A DNA stretch of 62,956 nucleotides, counting the filler, from Octopus bimaculoides (lineage: Eukaryota): the NCBI RefSeq assembly GCF_001194135.2. It is 10 parts of 8 records of this genome, joined end to end, with 100 filler letters (N's around TTAATTAATTAA, not from the genome) between each part and the next. Parts side by side here need not be neighbours in the genome. Positions count along the whole stretch, not along the records: positions 16,639 to 26,998 come from NC_068983.1; positions 27,099 to 31,539 come from NC_068993.1; positions 31,640 to 42,816 come from NC_068984.1; 7 more parts are not named here. The stretch is one strand, 5' to 3'. The position numbers and the translations under genes are program-made. Positions within the stretch are counted from its first letter, which is position 1. The number at the start of each line of letters is the position of its first letter. Shown one piece after another: positions 26,640 to 37,689 of the stretch. The notes below the pieces were generated by a model, which ran no database searches, was not told the origin of the DNA, and saw only the letters and a program-made list of their open reading frames with translations.

Positions 26640-26925
26640 GTGGTTAGGGTATTGTAGTCATGATCACGGGATCGTGGTTTCAGTTACTAGATCGGGGGTG
26701 CGTTGTATTCTTGAGCAAAATACTTCATCTCGCGTTGCTCTGCGATGACTTCGGCACCTGATGTGTGGTAACACCATGCACCTGTTCAGGCAACGTTGAT
26801 TTGATTGAGAGAGTGAGCTAATGTGCGGCACGAACATTTGATCATTATAAGTAAATCATTTGCGCAGATCGTTCGGCAAAAGCTCAACACTCATACGTCA
26901 TCTTCAACGCCGCGAGAGTCCATCA
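26640..26925 (+). mobile_element. Probable further tRNA-headed SINE
   Basis: Starts AGTGGTTAGGGT..GGTTTCAGTT (A/B-box-like) followed by TTGAGCAAAATACTTCAT. Single copy in this window. Confidence 0.45.
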
Positions 26926-26940
26926 TCATTACTATTATTA

Positions 26941-26998
26941 AGGCGGGGAGCTTGGCAGAATTGTTAGCATGCCGGGCAAAGCAGGCAGCATTTCGTCC
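26941..26998 (+). mobile_element. SINE family A head
   Basis: GGCGGGGAGCTTGGCAGAATTGTTAGCATGCCGGGC, cut off by a gap. Confidence 0.7.
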
Positions 26999-27098
26999 NN
27001 NNNNNNNNNNNNNNNNNNNNNNNNNNNNNNNNNNNNNNNNNNTTAATTAATTAANNNNNNNNNNNNNNNNNNNNNNNNNNNNNNNNNNNNNNNNNNNN

Positions 27099-27139
<41 letters not shown>

Positions 27140-27571
27140 CTTACATACTATGAATATATGGGTAGTTTCTAACCTTGTTCTGTTGTTGTTGCGATTATTG
27201 TTGTTGTTTTGTTGTTCACTACTGCTGCTCGTGGTGCTGCTGTTGTCTTTGTTGTAGATTTTTCTTTTTCTTTTTGCTGTTGTGTTGATGGTGTCAGCAG
27301 AAGAGATCGCCTTCCTTCTCTTCTTTGCTGTGGACAGAAATCCTCGAGATGGTTTGTGTCACCAAACAAGTGACAGCTCGACCTGCTGCCCTTAACAGCC
27401 ACCTATATTTATGTATCGCTTGGCAGATTGATCAGGTACGGTATGTATGCCATGCTTTGCTGATCAATAGCGCCATCCTTCAGCCTGACCAATTTTCTTT
27501 CTGCACTGATTTTATATCTTACTGGCCTAAAAATAATTAAATAAAAACAAGAAAAGTGTAGGTCCACTTAC

Positions 27572-27587
27572 CATTCTCGTCAATCAT
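27572..27587 (-). CDS. Candidate first coding exon end (MIDEN, phase 1)
   Basis: GAAATGATTGACGAGAATG followed by a GTAAGT donor, downstream of a CpG-containing, CT/CA-repeat-rich leader-like region (about 27600-28300). Confidence 0.25.
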
Positions 27588-29784
27588 TTCGCAAATTTAC
27601 AGTGTAATCTGTACCTCCCTTCGTTTCCACTACAGTCTATTCTTCTCTCAGTAAGTTGTTTAGCCGCTTTAATCTGGCAATGGCTGTGATATAAATTGCC
27701 TCCACTACAACTATTCTGCGATTTCCTCGAACGCCAGCTCTCCAGATTTCTTTCCGTGCCCATGCTTTCCCTGTAACCGCCAACTTGATGCTTTTCAAGA
27801 GAAAGAATATTTGCGTCGGTTTCAGGGACTCAGATGGTCGGCAGGTAGCACTGGTACAGCTAGTTCTCTGTGACCAAAGGAAAGCACCGGAATATCAGTG
27901 GCGAAAGGAGAACATTTGGAAATAATGAATGGCGACGCAAATGTTATCTGCCATACCAACCACCCACACCTACATTAACGTCACAGACACCTACACACAC
28001 GTGTGTGTGTGTGTATGTGTGTGTGTGTTTGTCTGTCTGCCTGTTTGTGTGTGTGAGAGGGAGAGAGGGAGAGGGAGAGGGGGAGAGAGGGAGAGAGAGA
28101 GAGAGAGAAAGAGAGAATGTGCGTGAAATTTGAAGTTACATCTCGATTATCCTAATGAGACGACCAGGAAGTATTTTCTTCCTCCGCGAACTGATCTGAT
28201 CGTAAAAAAAGGAGAAGCCATGCTGAACTTAATTACATAAAAATCATGTTTATGCAATCTGTGTCATTTCAGTCAATAAATTGTTGTGTCCTTGTTGTGC
28301 AACATTTGTCTTTCGGCCACGACAGATACGTTTTCAAATTTCAAAGTTCTCTTCACTCGTCATAATTGCCTGCTTTCTCTTCACAGTCATACTAATTGAT
28401 AATAAATTCGATTAATTTTGATAAATAAGTCTTCGCATTACAGTCGTAGATTAAACGACGACAGCGTAACTGTTGCTGTTAGAAACTTAAATCCGTAATT
28501 AGATCCGTTACTTTTATATGTTCCTGGCTGGTCCACAAACTAGCAAACCGGCCGAGACACACTACCAGTGTCAATCGTGTTGCTAACATATTTTTAATGT
28601 GACTTTCATGTTCATTATATTCCTTAATAATTAGGATTCTGTTGTAATTATTGTAACAGAAGTCAAACGATAGCAGCAACAATATTGTCGAGTCGAGTTA
28701 ACAGTATAATCAAAAATGCACACACTGTGCCTTGAACTCGTCTGTGAGGAACTGAAGGGTCTCAGTTCAAATACGCATACATACACTCATATACACATAT
28801 AAACATACATACTTATATACATACATACACGATATATATAAATATATATATATATAATTACTGATTTCATTAAAATTATCTGCATGATTACCAAATGATA
28901 GTTAAGAGCCGCTTCATAAGAGACACGGAAATAATCTCACGAATCAGGAATTCTCCAAAACGGTGAAGCTATTCCAGAGGAGGAGAGGTTCATTGTTGGA
29001 GAACGGAGGACAGCAGTGAACTCGTGTTTCTGTATCAAATGACACCATCAGCACGGCTATTATCCGTTCTTATTTCCAGTAGCCAAGTAATTAACGATAT
29101 TAACAGATAATGTGTTACTTCTCGTCTTTCTTTCAACTATGCAAATTACCTTGGCCATAAATGCGCTCTGCTCTGTCCCTTGACTACTCATGATAAATTT
29201 GGGTAATTGTCATGCAGATGAGGTCTATTGTGGCAGAAACATGTTCGCACAAATGTCCTCTTATCTCCAGATAAGCCTGTCCTTTTTCATAATGACATTT
29301 CAATTTTGGAGAAGCCTCCATACTTGAAACTATCTCCCTTTCTCATATGGAACCGGTCTTAATTACTATTTGGGAAGCAGAGATAAGTGATAAATCAAGA
29401 ATCTATGTTTTATGGTATTACATATGCCTGCATTTGTCAATATCACTTAAAATCATGTCACTGGACGATTTGAGTTATTTCCCTTAGCTCAATCATTATT
29501 GTTTAATATATGTCTGTGTGTGTGTATGTTTACATGTGTGTTTGTGTGCATGTGTGTGTGTGTGTGTGTATAAACGCACACGCACACATACATTCAAATA
29601 TGTTTTTGGTTACATTTTGTCTGCTGAGCGCATTAAAAGCATGAAACTTTCAGATACAGAATAGTAGAAAGTATAACTATTATATTACAATAAATATATT
29701 TACTTCGCAACACGTATCAAGTATTCTTTACTTGTTCATGATATTACATTGAACGTAATACTATTGGCAAATATAATGCAATAT

Positions 29785-29827
<43 letters not shown>

Positions 29828-31439
29828 ATATAATATATACTTATATATATATATATATATACTTATATACATACATATATATTTAACGTGGAGAGAGAGA
29901 GAGAGAGGGGGGGAGTTAGAGTAATTTTCCATCACAAACAAAAGTGAATTTTTATTTATATACGTTAATTATTTTTTAAATTATTTTTTATTTAATAAAA
30001 TATTGGAAAATTTTGTACCGGAATTTATCAGAGTTTNNNNNNNNNNNNNNNNNNNNNNNNNNNNNNNNNNNNNNNNNNNNNNNNNNNNNNNNNNNNNNNN
30101 NNNNNNNNNNNNNNNNNNNNNNNNNNNNNNNNNNNNNNNNNNNNNNNNNNNNNNNNNNNNNNNNNNNNNNNNNNNNNNNNNNNNNNNNNNNNNNNNNNNN
30201 NNNNNNNNNNNNNNNNNNNNNNNNNNNNNNNNNNNNNNNNNNNNNNNNNNNNNNNNNNNNNNNNNNNNNNNNNNNNNNNNNNNNNNNNNNNNNNNNNNNN
30301 NNNNNNNNNNNNNNNNNNNNNNNNNNNNNNNNNNNNNNNNNNNNNNNNNNNNNNNNNNNNNNNNNNNNNNNNNNNNNNNNNNNNNNNNNNNNNNNNNNNN
30401 NNNNNNNNNNNNNNNNNNNNNNNNNNNNNNNNNNNNNNNNNNNNNNNNNNNNNNNNNNNNNNNNNNNNNNNNNNNNNNNNNNNNNNNNNNNNNNNNNNNN
30501 NNNNNNNNNNNNNNNNNNNNNNNNNNNNNNNNNNNNNNNNNNNNNNNNNNNNNNNNNNNNNNNNNNNNNNNNNNNNNNNNNNNNNNNNNNNNNNNNNNNN
30601 NNNNNNNNNNNNNNNNNNNNNNNNNNNNNNNNNNNNNNNNNNNNNNNNNNNNNNNNNNNNNNNNNNNNNNNNNNNNNNNNNNNNNNNNNNNNNNNNNNNN
30701 NNNNNNNNNNNNNNNNNNNNNNNNNNNNNNNNNNNNNNNNNNNNNNNNNNNNNNNNNNNNNNNNNNNNNNNNNNNNNNNNNNNNNNNNNNNNNNNNNNNN
30801 NNNNNNNNNNNNNNNNNNNNNNNNNNNNNNNNNNNNNNNNNNNNNNNNNNNNNNNNNNNNNNNNNNNNNNNNNNNNNNNNNNNNNNNNNNNNNNNNNNNN
30901 NNNNNNNNNNNNNNNNNNNNNNNNNNNNNNNNNNNNNNNNNNNNNNNNNNNNNNNNNNNNNNNNNNNNNNNNNNNNNNNNNNNNNNNNNNNNNNNNNNNN
31001 NNCTGAGAAGTGAGTCTAAGTGTAGAAGTAGCTGCCCTGTGTGTACATGTGAGCGCATGCCACAAGGTAACAGCCACATGTCTTCAGCTGATAGCGGTGT
31101 TGTCGGTGATGGTGGTGGTGGTGGTGTTAATGTAATTAAGGTAACGGAGGTGTCGGTGATGGTGGTGATTTGTGTCCGATGGTGTGTGTGCTATTGGGGC
31201 GTTTGGTATAATTCTGGCAGTGGCAGTTGTATCGTAATAATGGGAATTGGGGGTAGTGGTGACAGTGGTTGGAGTAGCGGTGGCATTGGTAGCAGTGGTG
31301 GTGGTAGTCATGGTTGGGAAGGCAGTGGTTGTTTCGGTAGCATGGTGATGCTGGGGGCTTTGCTATGGACAACGTAACGGATGAGTGAAGCATTGAAAAA
31401 TGGTATGTGTGGTAAAGCGATGAAAACATCGACTGTCTG

Positions 31440-31539
31440 AGGTTGTGGTGTTGGTGGTAGTACCGCTGGTGAACGTATTTGTCGTTGTGGTGTTGGTGGT
31501 AGTACCGCTGGTGAAAGTCTTTGTCGTTGTGGTGTTGGC
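31440..31539. repeat. 42-bp tandem repeat (2+ units) at the end of a GGT-rich low-complexity tract
   Basis: GTTGTGGTGTTGGTGGTAGTACCGCTGGTGAA(C/A)GT(A/C)TTTGTC repeated; runs into a gap. Confidence 0.85.
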
Positions 31540-31875
31540 NNNNNNNNNNNNNNNNNNNNNNNNNNNNNNNNNNNNNNNNNNNNTTAATTAATTAANNNNN
31601 NNNNNNNNNNNNNNNNNNNNNNNNNNNNNNNNNNNNNNNATTTTTTTCTGTCTACCTTGCGTGCACTTGCCTTCCACCATTTCGCTATAAAACAATTTTT
31701 AGGGGAGTCGTGTGTCAGGCATTCGAACAAGGTGGCCCTACCCCACCTAACCTGCGTTCTTAGTAGTGTGCAAAAGCTTGACAGATCATCTCAAGAGAGG
31801 ACATACAGACAGACAAACATACACAGACAGACAGACAGACAGACATATAGATAGATAGATAGATAGATAGATAGA

Positions 31876-32416
31876 TGCAGCATATCTTCAGACCCCGAAC
31901 ACTGCTGCACTAAGACCGCTTCAAAATATGGCAGGGGACATGCCTCTCTATAAAAGTAAACACTAGGTGATTATCTCCCTTTGCCATTGGTCATTGAGCT
32001 TCAGCCGCACTCTTGCGGTCATCAAAATACTATGAAGGTAAATGATTGTCTCCCTTTGGCCTTGGCTATCGGCTTCTGGCTGTAGTGTCTCCTTGTGAAT
32101 CCCAAAATGCCAGCAGGAATCTTCAAAAAAGCAAGCATGGCCTAAAAATCTCTGTCCTGGGGTTCAGGATGCTCCCTAAAATTTTGGAATCTGCAAGACA
32201 ACGCTACAGCCGGAAGGCAATAGCCAAGGCCAAAGGGAAACAGTTGATTACCTTCATAGTTCTTTGGTGACCGCAAGATGGCGGTGTGGCTGAGGGTCAA
32301 TGACCAATGGCAGAGGAAGGTAATCACCTAGCATTTACTTTCATAGAGAGGCATTTGCCCCTTGATATTTTTTAAAGAGATCTTAGGCCAGCAGAGTTTG
32401 TGATCTGAAGCTACAC
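31876..32416. mobile_element. Fold-back / MITE-like element with about 225-bp inverted arms
   Basis: About 31886-32108 is the reverse complement of about 32181-32410 (for example CTAGGTGATT..TGCCATTGGTCATTGA and CTATGAAGGTAA..CCCTTTGGCCTTGGCTAT). Spacer is about 70 bp. Confidence 0.9.
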
Positions 32417-32524
32417 CATATGTGCGAGAAACCAGGGTAACCTCATAAACCAGCCCCCATTATAATATTAACTGCTCTACATTTTAGAGTGGGCTTCTCC
32501 CCCAGATTTATGTATGTCTACAAA

Positions 32525-32567
<43 letters not shown>

Positions 32568-33329
32568 NNNNNNNNNNNNNNNNNNNNNNNNNNNNNNNNN
32601 NNNNNNNNNNNNNNNNNNNNNNNNNNNNNNNNNNNNNNNNNNNNNNNNNNNNNNNNNNNNNNNNNNNNNNNNNNNNNNNNNNNNNNNNNNNNNNNNNNNN
32701 NNNNNNNNNNNNNNNNNNNNNNNNNNNNNNNNNNNNNNNNNNNNNNNNNNNNNNNNNNNNNNNNNNNNNNNNNNNNNNNNNNNNNNNNNNNNNNNNNNNN
32801 NNNNNNNNNNNNNNNNNNNNNNNNNNNNNNNNNNNNNNNNNNNNNNNNNNNNNNNNNNNNNNNNNNNNNNNNNNNNNNNNNNNNNNNNNNNNNNNNNNNN
32901 NNNNNNNNNNNNNNNNNNNNNNNNNNNNNNNNNNNNNNNNNNNNNNNNNNNNNNNNNNNNNNNNNNNNNNNNNNNNNNNNNNNNNNNNNNNNNNNNNNNN
33001 NNNNNNGCAACGTGAGTGGGGAATATAATATAGGTCATGTATTAGCGTGTGTATGTATAAAGAAAGAAAAAGATAAAGAGACCAATGGCAAAGTTAGAAA
33101 CAGCTGTTTCAGGGAAAATCCAATGTATCCCTTCATCTGAGACGGTAATAATAGAAGAATGGAGACGGTAATAGTAGAAGAATGGACTAATAATCCATTC
33201 TTCTAGTATTACTGTCTCCGATGAAGGGATACATTGGATTTTCCCTGAAACAGCTGTAAGACTTTATACATAAAATATAATTCTAACTTTGCCATTGGTC
33301 TCTTTATCTTTTTCTTTCTTTTACATACA

Positions 33330-33470
33330 TACAAACAAAGAAACAAAAATGCCCTGTTGTTGATGTTGAAATTCCAATGAGGGAACCGTGGATCTAGGTT
33401 AGAAGCCGGTTGTTTCTCTGTTGGCAAGAAATCTTGAAATAAACTGAATAATGACATACATACACACACA
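33330..33470. repeat. Dispersed repeat family D, copy
   Basis: Matches 20680-20810. Confidence 0.85.
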
Positions 33471-33477
33471 ACAAGTT

Positions 33478-33590
33478 TATTTCAATTTCTGTCAATGAAA
33501 TTCACTCACAAGGCTTTGGTTGGTTTGAGGCTACAGTAAAAGACCCGTGCCCAAAGCGCCACGCAGTGGCATTGAAAATGGAATCATGTG
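33478..33590 (-). mobile_element. SINE family B, diverged fragment
   Basis: TTCACTCACAAGGCTTTGGTTGG..GCCACGCAGTGG matches the family body. Confidence 0.7.
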
Positions 33591-33611
33591 TTTGAGAGAC
33601 AAACAGACAGA

Positions 33612-34790
33612 CAGACAGTTAGATAGATAGATACATTTCTTTTATTAGACACACAGGTCTCAATATAGAGGGGACAATACAATGTAGAATTTTTTCTTCT
33701 TAAAAAAAAAAAAAAAAAGATTTTGTTAGTAAAGTCAAAAATTTCGAAAAGTGAAATTTTAAGAATGTCAATGTTCGTATTAACAAAAACAGGTAAGGTT
33801 ATCCGTGGGAAGAAAAAACCTACGAAAAAAGGACCACGGAGACCTTAGACATTGGATGGGCGTCACTGTTCAGGAGCAAGGTCCCTACTCGCTTTCTTTC
33901 TTTTTCTTTTACAGGGTTATGCTTAGGTTGGGTCCGTCATTCACACGGACCATTCTTGCTACATTCACCCACCTTTTATCGAAACATTTACTCGACAACA
34001 CTTCCCTCTCTACTCTAATCTTCCTTTTAAAGTGGTACTTGAAAAAGTTAATTAGAGGTTGACCAGAAAGGAAAGTATTCGTCTCTAGTCCTTTCATTCT
34101 GGTCCACCATATACACTCTTTAGCCATAGCCAACAAGGTGATGAATACCGCTGTGCCTTCCCGGTTAAAGGAAGGTGGCGGGACAATATTCACAATGGAC
34201 TCAGTCGATAGAACGGTCGGCTCTACACGTGACAGCAGTCATTCGACATAGTTCGTTCCACAGATTCAATATATGAGGACACTGCACGAGGGCATGCAGG
34301 ACGGTCTCGTCGTCCTGCCAGCACCTCGGGCAAGTCGGACCGGCGGCGTGTCTCGATCCGTGTCTGTAGAACTTATCCCGAATGGGTAGTGCTTCTCGAT
34401 AACACTGCCAGGCCAGGGATCTCTGGAAGTTATCCATAGGCTCCGGCCCGAANNNNNNNNNNCTCGCGATGCCACTGTCCAAGCCTCGGTTTCCGCCTTA
34501 TCCATGACTGCAGTTCGGTGAGAGAGACCAGCTGCGGAAGGGCGTGCCTAACGAAGGGCGACCACACCTGCTCACCATCATCCAGAAAGCGCTGGAGATG
34601 TCGCAGCCTCAGCGCATGTCTGCGCATCATCAACCACGGCATGCCCAGTTCCCCGTTGAGTGGCTGCTGACAGCAAATGGATCGCCTCATCATCGGAACG
34701 CCTCCCTTCCACAGAAAGCGGAAGAGTATGCGCTCCAGTTTCTTGATGGTAGGGTCGGGACAAGGAACGACGGTCAGGCGAGATAGGTAT
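33612..34790 (-). mobile_element. Tx1-like (L1 clade) LINE, 5'-truncated copy with 3' UTR
   Basis: RLTVVPCPD..LERILFRFLWKGG, then WQCYREALPIRDKFYRHG..CPRC..DETVLHALVQC (zf-RVT-like) and AMAKECIWWTR. Ends AATAAAAGAAATGTA(TCTA)n. Confidence 0.9.
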
Positions 34791-34794
34791 ACGA

Positions 34795-37370
34795 TAGATA
34801 GATACATTTCTTTTATTAGCCACACAGGGCTTTACAAATAGGGGACAAATACAATGTAGAGCTTTTCTTATTGGGAGGGGGAAAGAGAGGAAAAAAAGGT
34901 GGGGTCGATCAAAAGGGATCGCAGGAAAGAAAAAAGGGGNNNNNNNNNNNNNNNNNNNNNNNNNNNNNNNNNNNNNNNNNNNNNNNNNNNNNNNNNNNNN
35001 NNNNNNNNNNNNNNNNNNNNNNNNNNNNNNNNNNNNNNNNNNNNNNNNNNNNNNNNNNNNNNNNNNNNNNNNNNNNNNNNNNNNNNNNNNNNNNNNNNNN
35101 NNNNNNNNNNNNNNNNNNNNNNNNNNNNNNNNNNNNNNNNNNNNNNNNNNNNNNNNNNNNNNNNNNNNNNNNNNNNNNNNNNNNNNNNNNNNNNNNNNNN
35201 NNNNNNNNNNNNNNNNNNNNNNNNNNNNNNNNNNNNNNNNNNNNNNNNNNNNNNNNNNNNNNNNNNNNNNNNNNNNNNNNNNNNNNNNNNNNNNNNNNNN
35301 NNNNNNNNNNNNNNNNNNNNNNNNNNNNNNNNNNNNNNNNNNNNNNNNNNNNNNNNNNNNNNNNNNNNNNNNNNNNNNNNNNNNNNNNNNNNNNNNNNNN
35401 NNNNNNNNNNNNNNNNNNNNNNNNNNNNNNNNNNNNNNNNNNNNNNNNNNNNNNNNNNNNNNNNNNNNNNNNNNNNNNNNNNNNNNNNAGAGGAAAGTCT
35501 TTGTCTCTAGACCTTTCAGACGCGTCCACCATACACATTCTTTCGCCATAGCCACAAGTACGATGAAAATGGCTCTTCCTTCCTGTTTAAAGGAAGGAGG
35601 CGCGACAATATTCACAATAGACTCGGCTGATAGACCGACTCGTTCCACAAGCGACAGCAGTTGTTCGACGTAAGCCCACAGCTCGGAAATGGTGGGACAC
35701 TGTACGAGTGCGTGCAGAACGGTTTCGTCGCTCTGCTCACATCTCGGACAGGTCGGCCCCGTGTTTCTCGAGCCATGCCTGTAGAGCTTATCCTGAACGG
35801 GTAGTGCTTCTCGGTAGCACTGCCAGGCCTGGGATCTCTGGAAGTTGTCCATAAGCCCCAGCCCGAAGGTCGTCTTGAACAGGCGGGTCAGGTATTTCTT
35901 GTCGACGCCCAGGTTCGCCCCAAGATCGTCATCGTACCTTCCCTCCACTAATCCACTATAGAATGCGTTAGTTGTGATGCAGTCGCTCAAGGTTGACCCG
36001 GGGCGTTGGAGTTGCCGGAGAGCAACGCAACACTCGCGGTGCCATTCGCCCTTCCTCGGCTTCCTATTATGTCCCCCTTGTTTGGATCTTTCTTTAGCAG
36101 CGTTACGGCTCCTCGGCTCACAAAACCGGGGATGCTCCCATTTTGCTGCCAGTTGCAGTACACTGCTGTCAAGACGTCTCCAAACAAGTCTGGCATACAA
36201 CTGTATAGCTCGTAGGGTAGACCATCCAAACCCAGTGATTTGTCCCTCGAGCATTCTGCCATTGCGTCCCGCACTTCCACCGCTGTGATGGCACCTTCGC
36301 AGCACTCTGCCTCTCTTGTCGAGAGTTGTGGCAGGCTGTGCAGGTAGGCACTGAAGTCCACTCTGCGTTGACGCTCGCCACTCGTCCCAACAGTTGGGCA
36401 AAATGCTGTTGAGAGGCCTCACACATTTTACTTGGCTCAAGTAATTCGTGCCCCTGTTCATCTAGCTTCTTAACTAGCTCACCCTCTACTCTGTTTCTGT
36501 CTATGACTAGTGCTTTGCTATACCTAACCGCTTCTGCTTTTATTGCTCTCTTGAGGGCAAACTACCATTTGTTATTGATGATGGCTCCCATCAAAGCCCT
36601 CTTTACTAACGTGCTAATCCGGTCTCTGAAAACCTGTTTCGACGGGAAAGATTCGTTTAGTTTCCAGTAACCAGAGCCCTGCCTATGTGTCTTATCTAAG
36701 TCTAGCATACACGTCACAAGTTTGTGATCCGTCTAGCTGACTATGTGGAATTATGGACACCGTATGCTATCTCTATCTACTCTCCTACACAGTACTCTAT
36801 CTAGATACGATCTCGACGACCCGATGCGGTTGCTCCATGTCCACGTTGGCGCATTCGGGTGGTCGAGTCGGTACCTGTCAGACAGTTGTTTGAGGCATTT
36901 GCATCCCCGTCTATTCCTATCTCTGCCCACATAGTCTAGATGCGTGTCCAAGGTAGCATTCCAATCCCCAACTAAAAGTAAAGGACGAGACGTTCCTAGG
37001 AATACTTCTAGACGTCGAAAGAAATCCGGCCTACCAGTTAAAGGTGGTGCGTAGACTGATATGAGTCGGAAAGCACACCCATCGCTGCCACCGACATCCA
37101 GAACAACCAATCTACCCTCTGGGTCTATGAATACTGTCTTTACTTCGAGATCCAGATTCTTGCGAAAGAGTACCGCTGTGCCACTACCGCCCATTCTCGG
37201 CAGACAGGGAGAAAAATAAATGTTAAACTGTCTGCCAAACATGGACGTTAGGGCCCGCGGATCATGGAGTCTTGTCTCGCTTATGGCTATGATTTCTAGT
37301 TTATGCGACGTTAGACCCAGAGGCATTGCTTTTCTCCACCTCTTGTCTGCGTTCATGCAGAACGGCACTA
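34795..37370 (-). mobile_element. Tx1-like LINE ORF2 copy with APE endonuclease and internal deletions
   Basis: 36751-37368 is an APE domain (ISET, SVYAP, LVGDWNA, YLDRVL); also GYWKLN and GLDGLPYELY. The sequence jumps from KGDII straight to RKGEWHREC at about 36065, then has the CPRC..ETVLHALVQC knuckle. The 3' end again abuts (TCTA)n. Confidence 0.92.
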
Positions 37371-37656
37371 GATTCCTTCGCCTCTGGCATTAGGGGCCGG
37401 AAATCGGCCATATTTGTTTTACAGAATATGGCAAGGATCGAGGAAAATTTTTTCAAACTTTTGGAAATAAAGCTCTAAATAGAGAAATTTCCGATTAGAA
37501 AAATATCTGGTCTCAAACGTATTTTGTGTTATACACAACTTGTACAAAAAATAAAATACAAAATTAGACTTTTTACAGATGAAAAAGGCAACTTGCATGG
37601 GAGCCGATGTGTCTAGCGTCCGACCATGTGGAGAGATAGATAGAGATAGATAGAGA

Positions 37657-37689
<33 letters not shown>

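Noticed and set aside
27407-27526. Frame PVRYKISAERKLVRLKDGAIDQQSMAYIPYLINLPSDT* after a good acceptor
   Set aside because: Splicing from the nearby donor needs a 45-nt intron and gives an immediate stop; no other support.
28060-28105. GGGAGA-rich tract as a functional G-quadruplex
   Set aside because: It is part of a (GA)n microsatellite, common in this DNA, with no independent support.
34578-36461. 627-aa ORF as an intact protein
   Set aside because: It spans a 550-bp gap, fuses frames across deletions and joins two separate Tx1-like copies.
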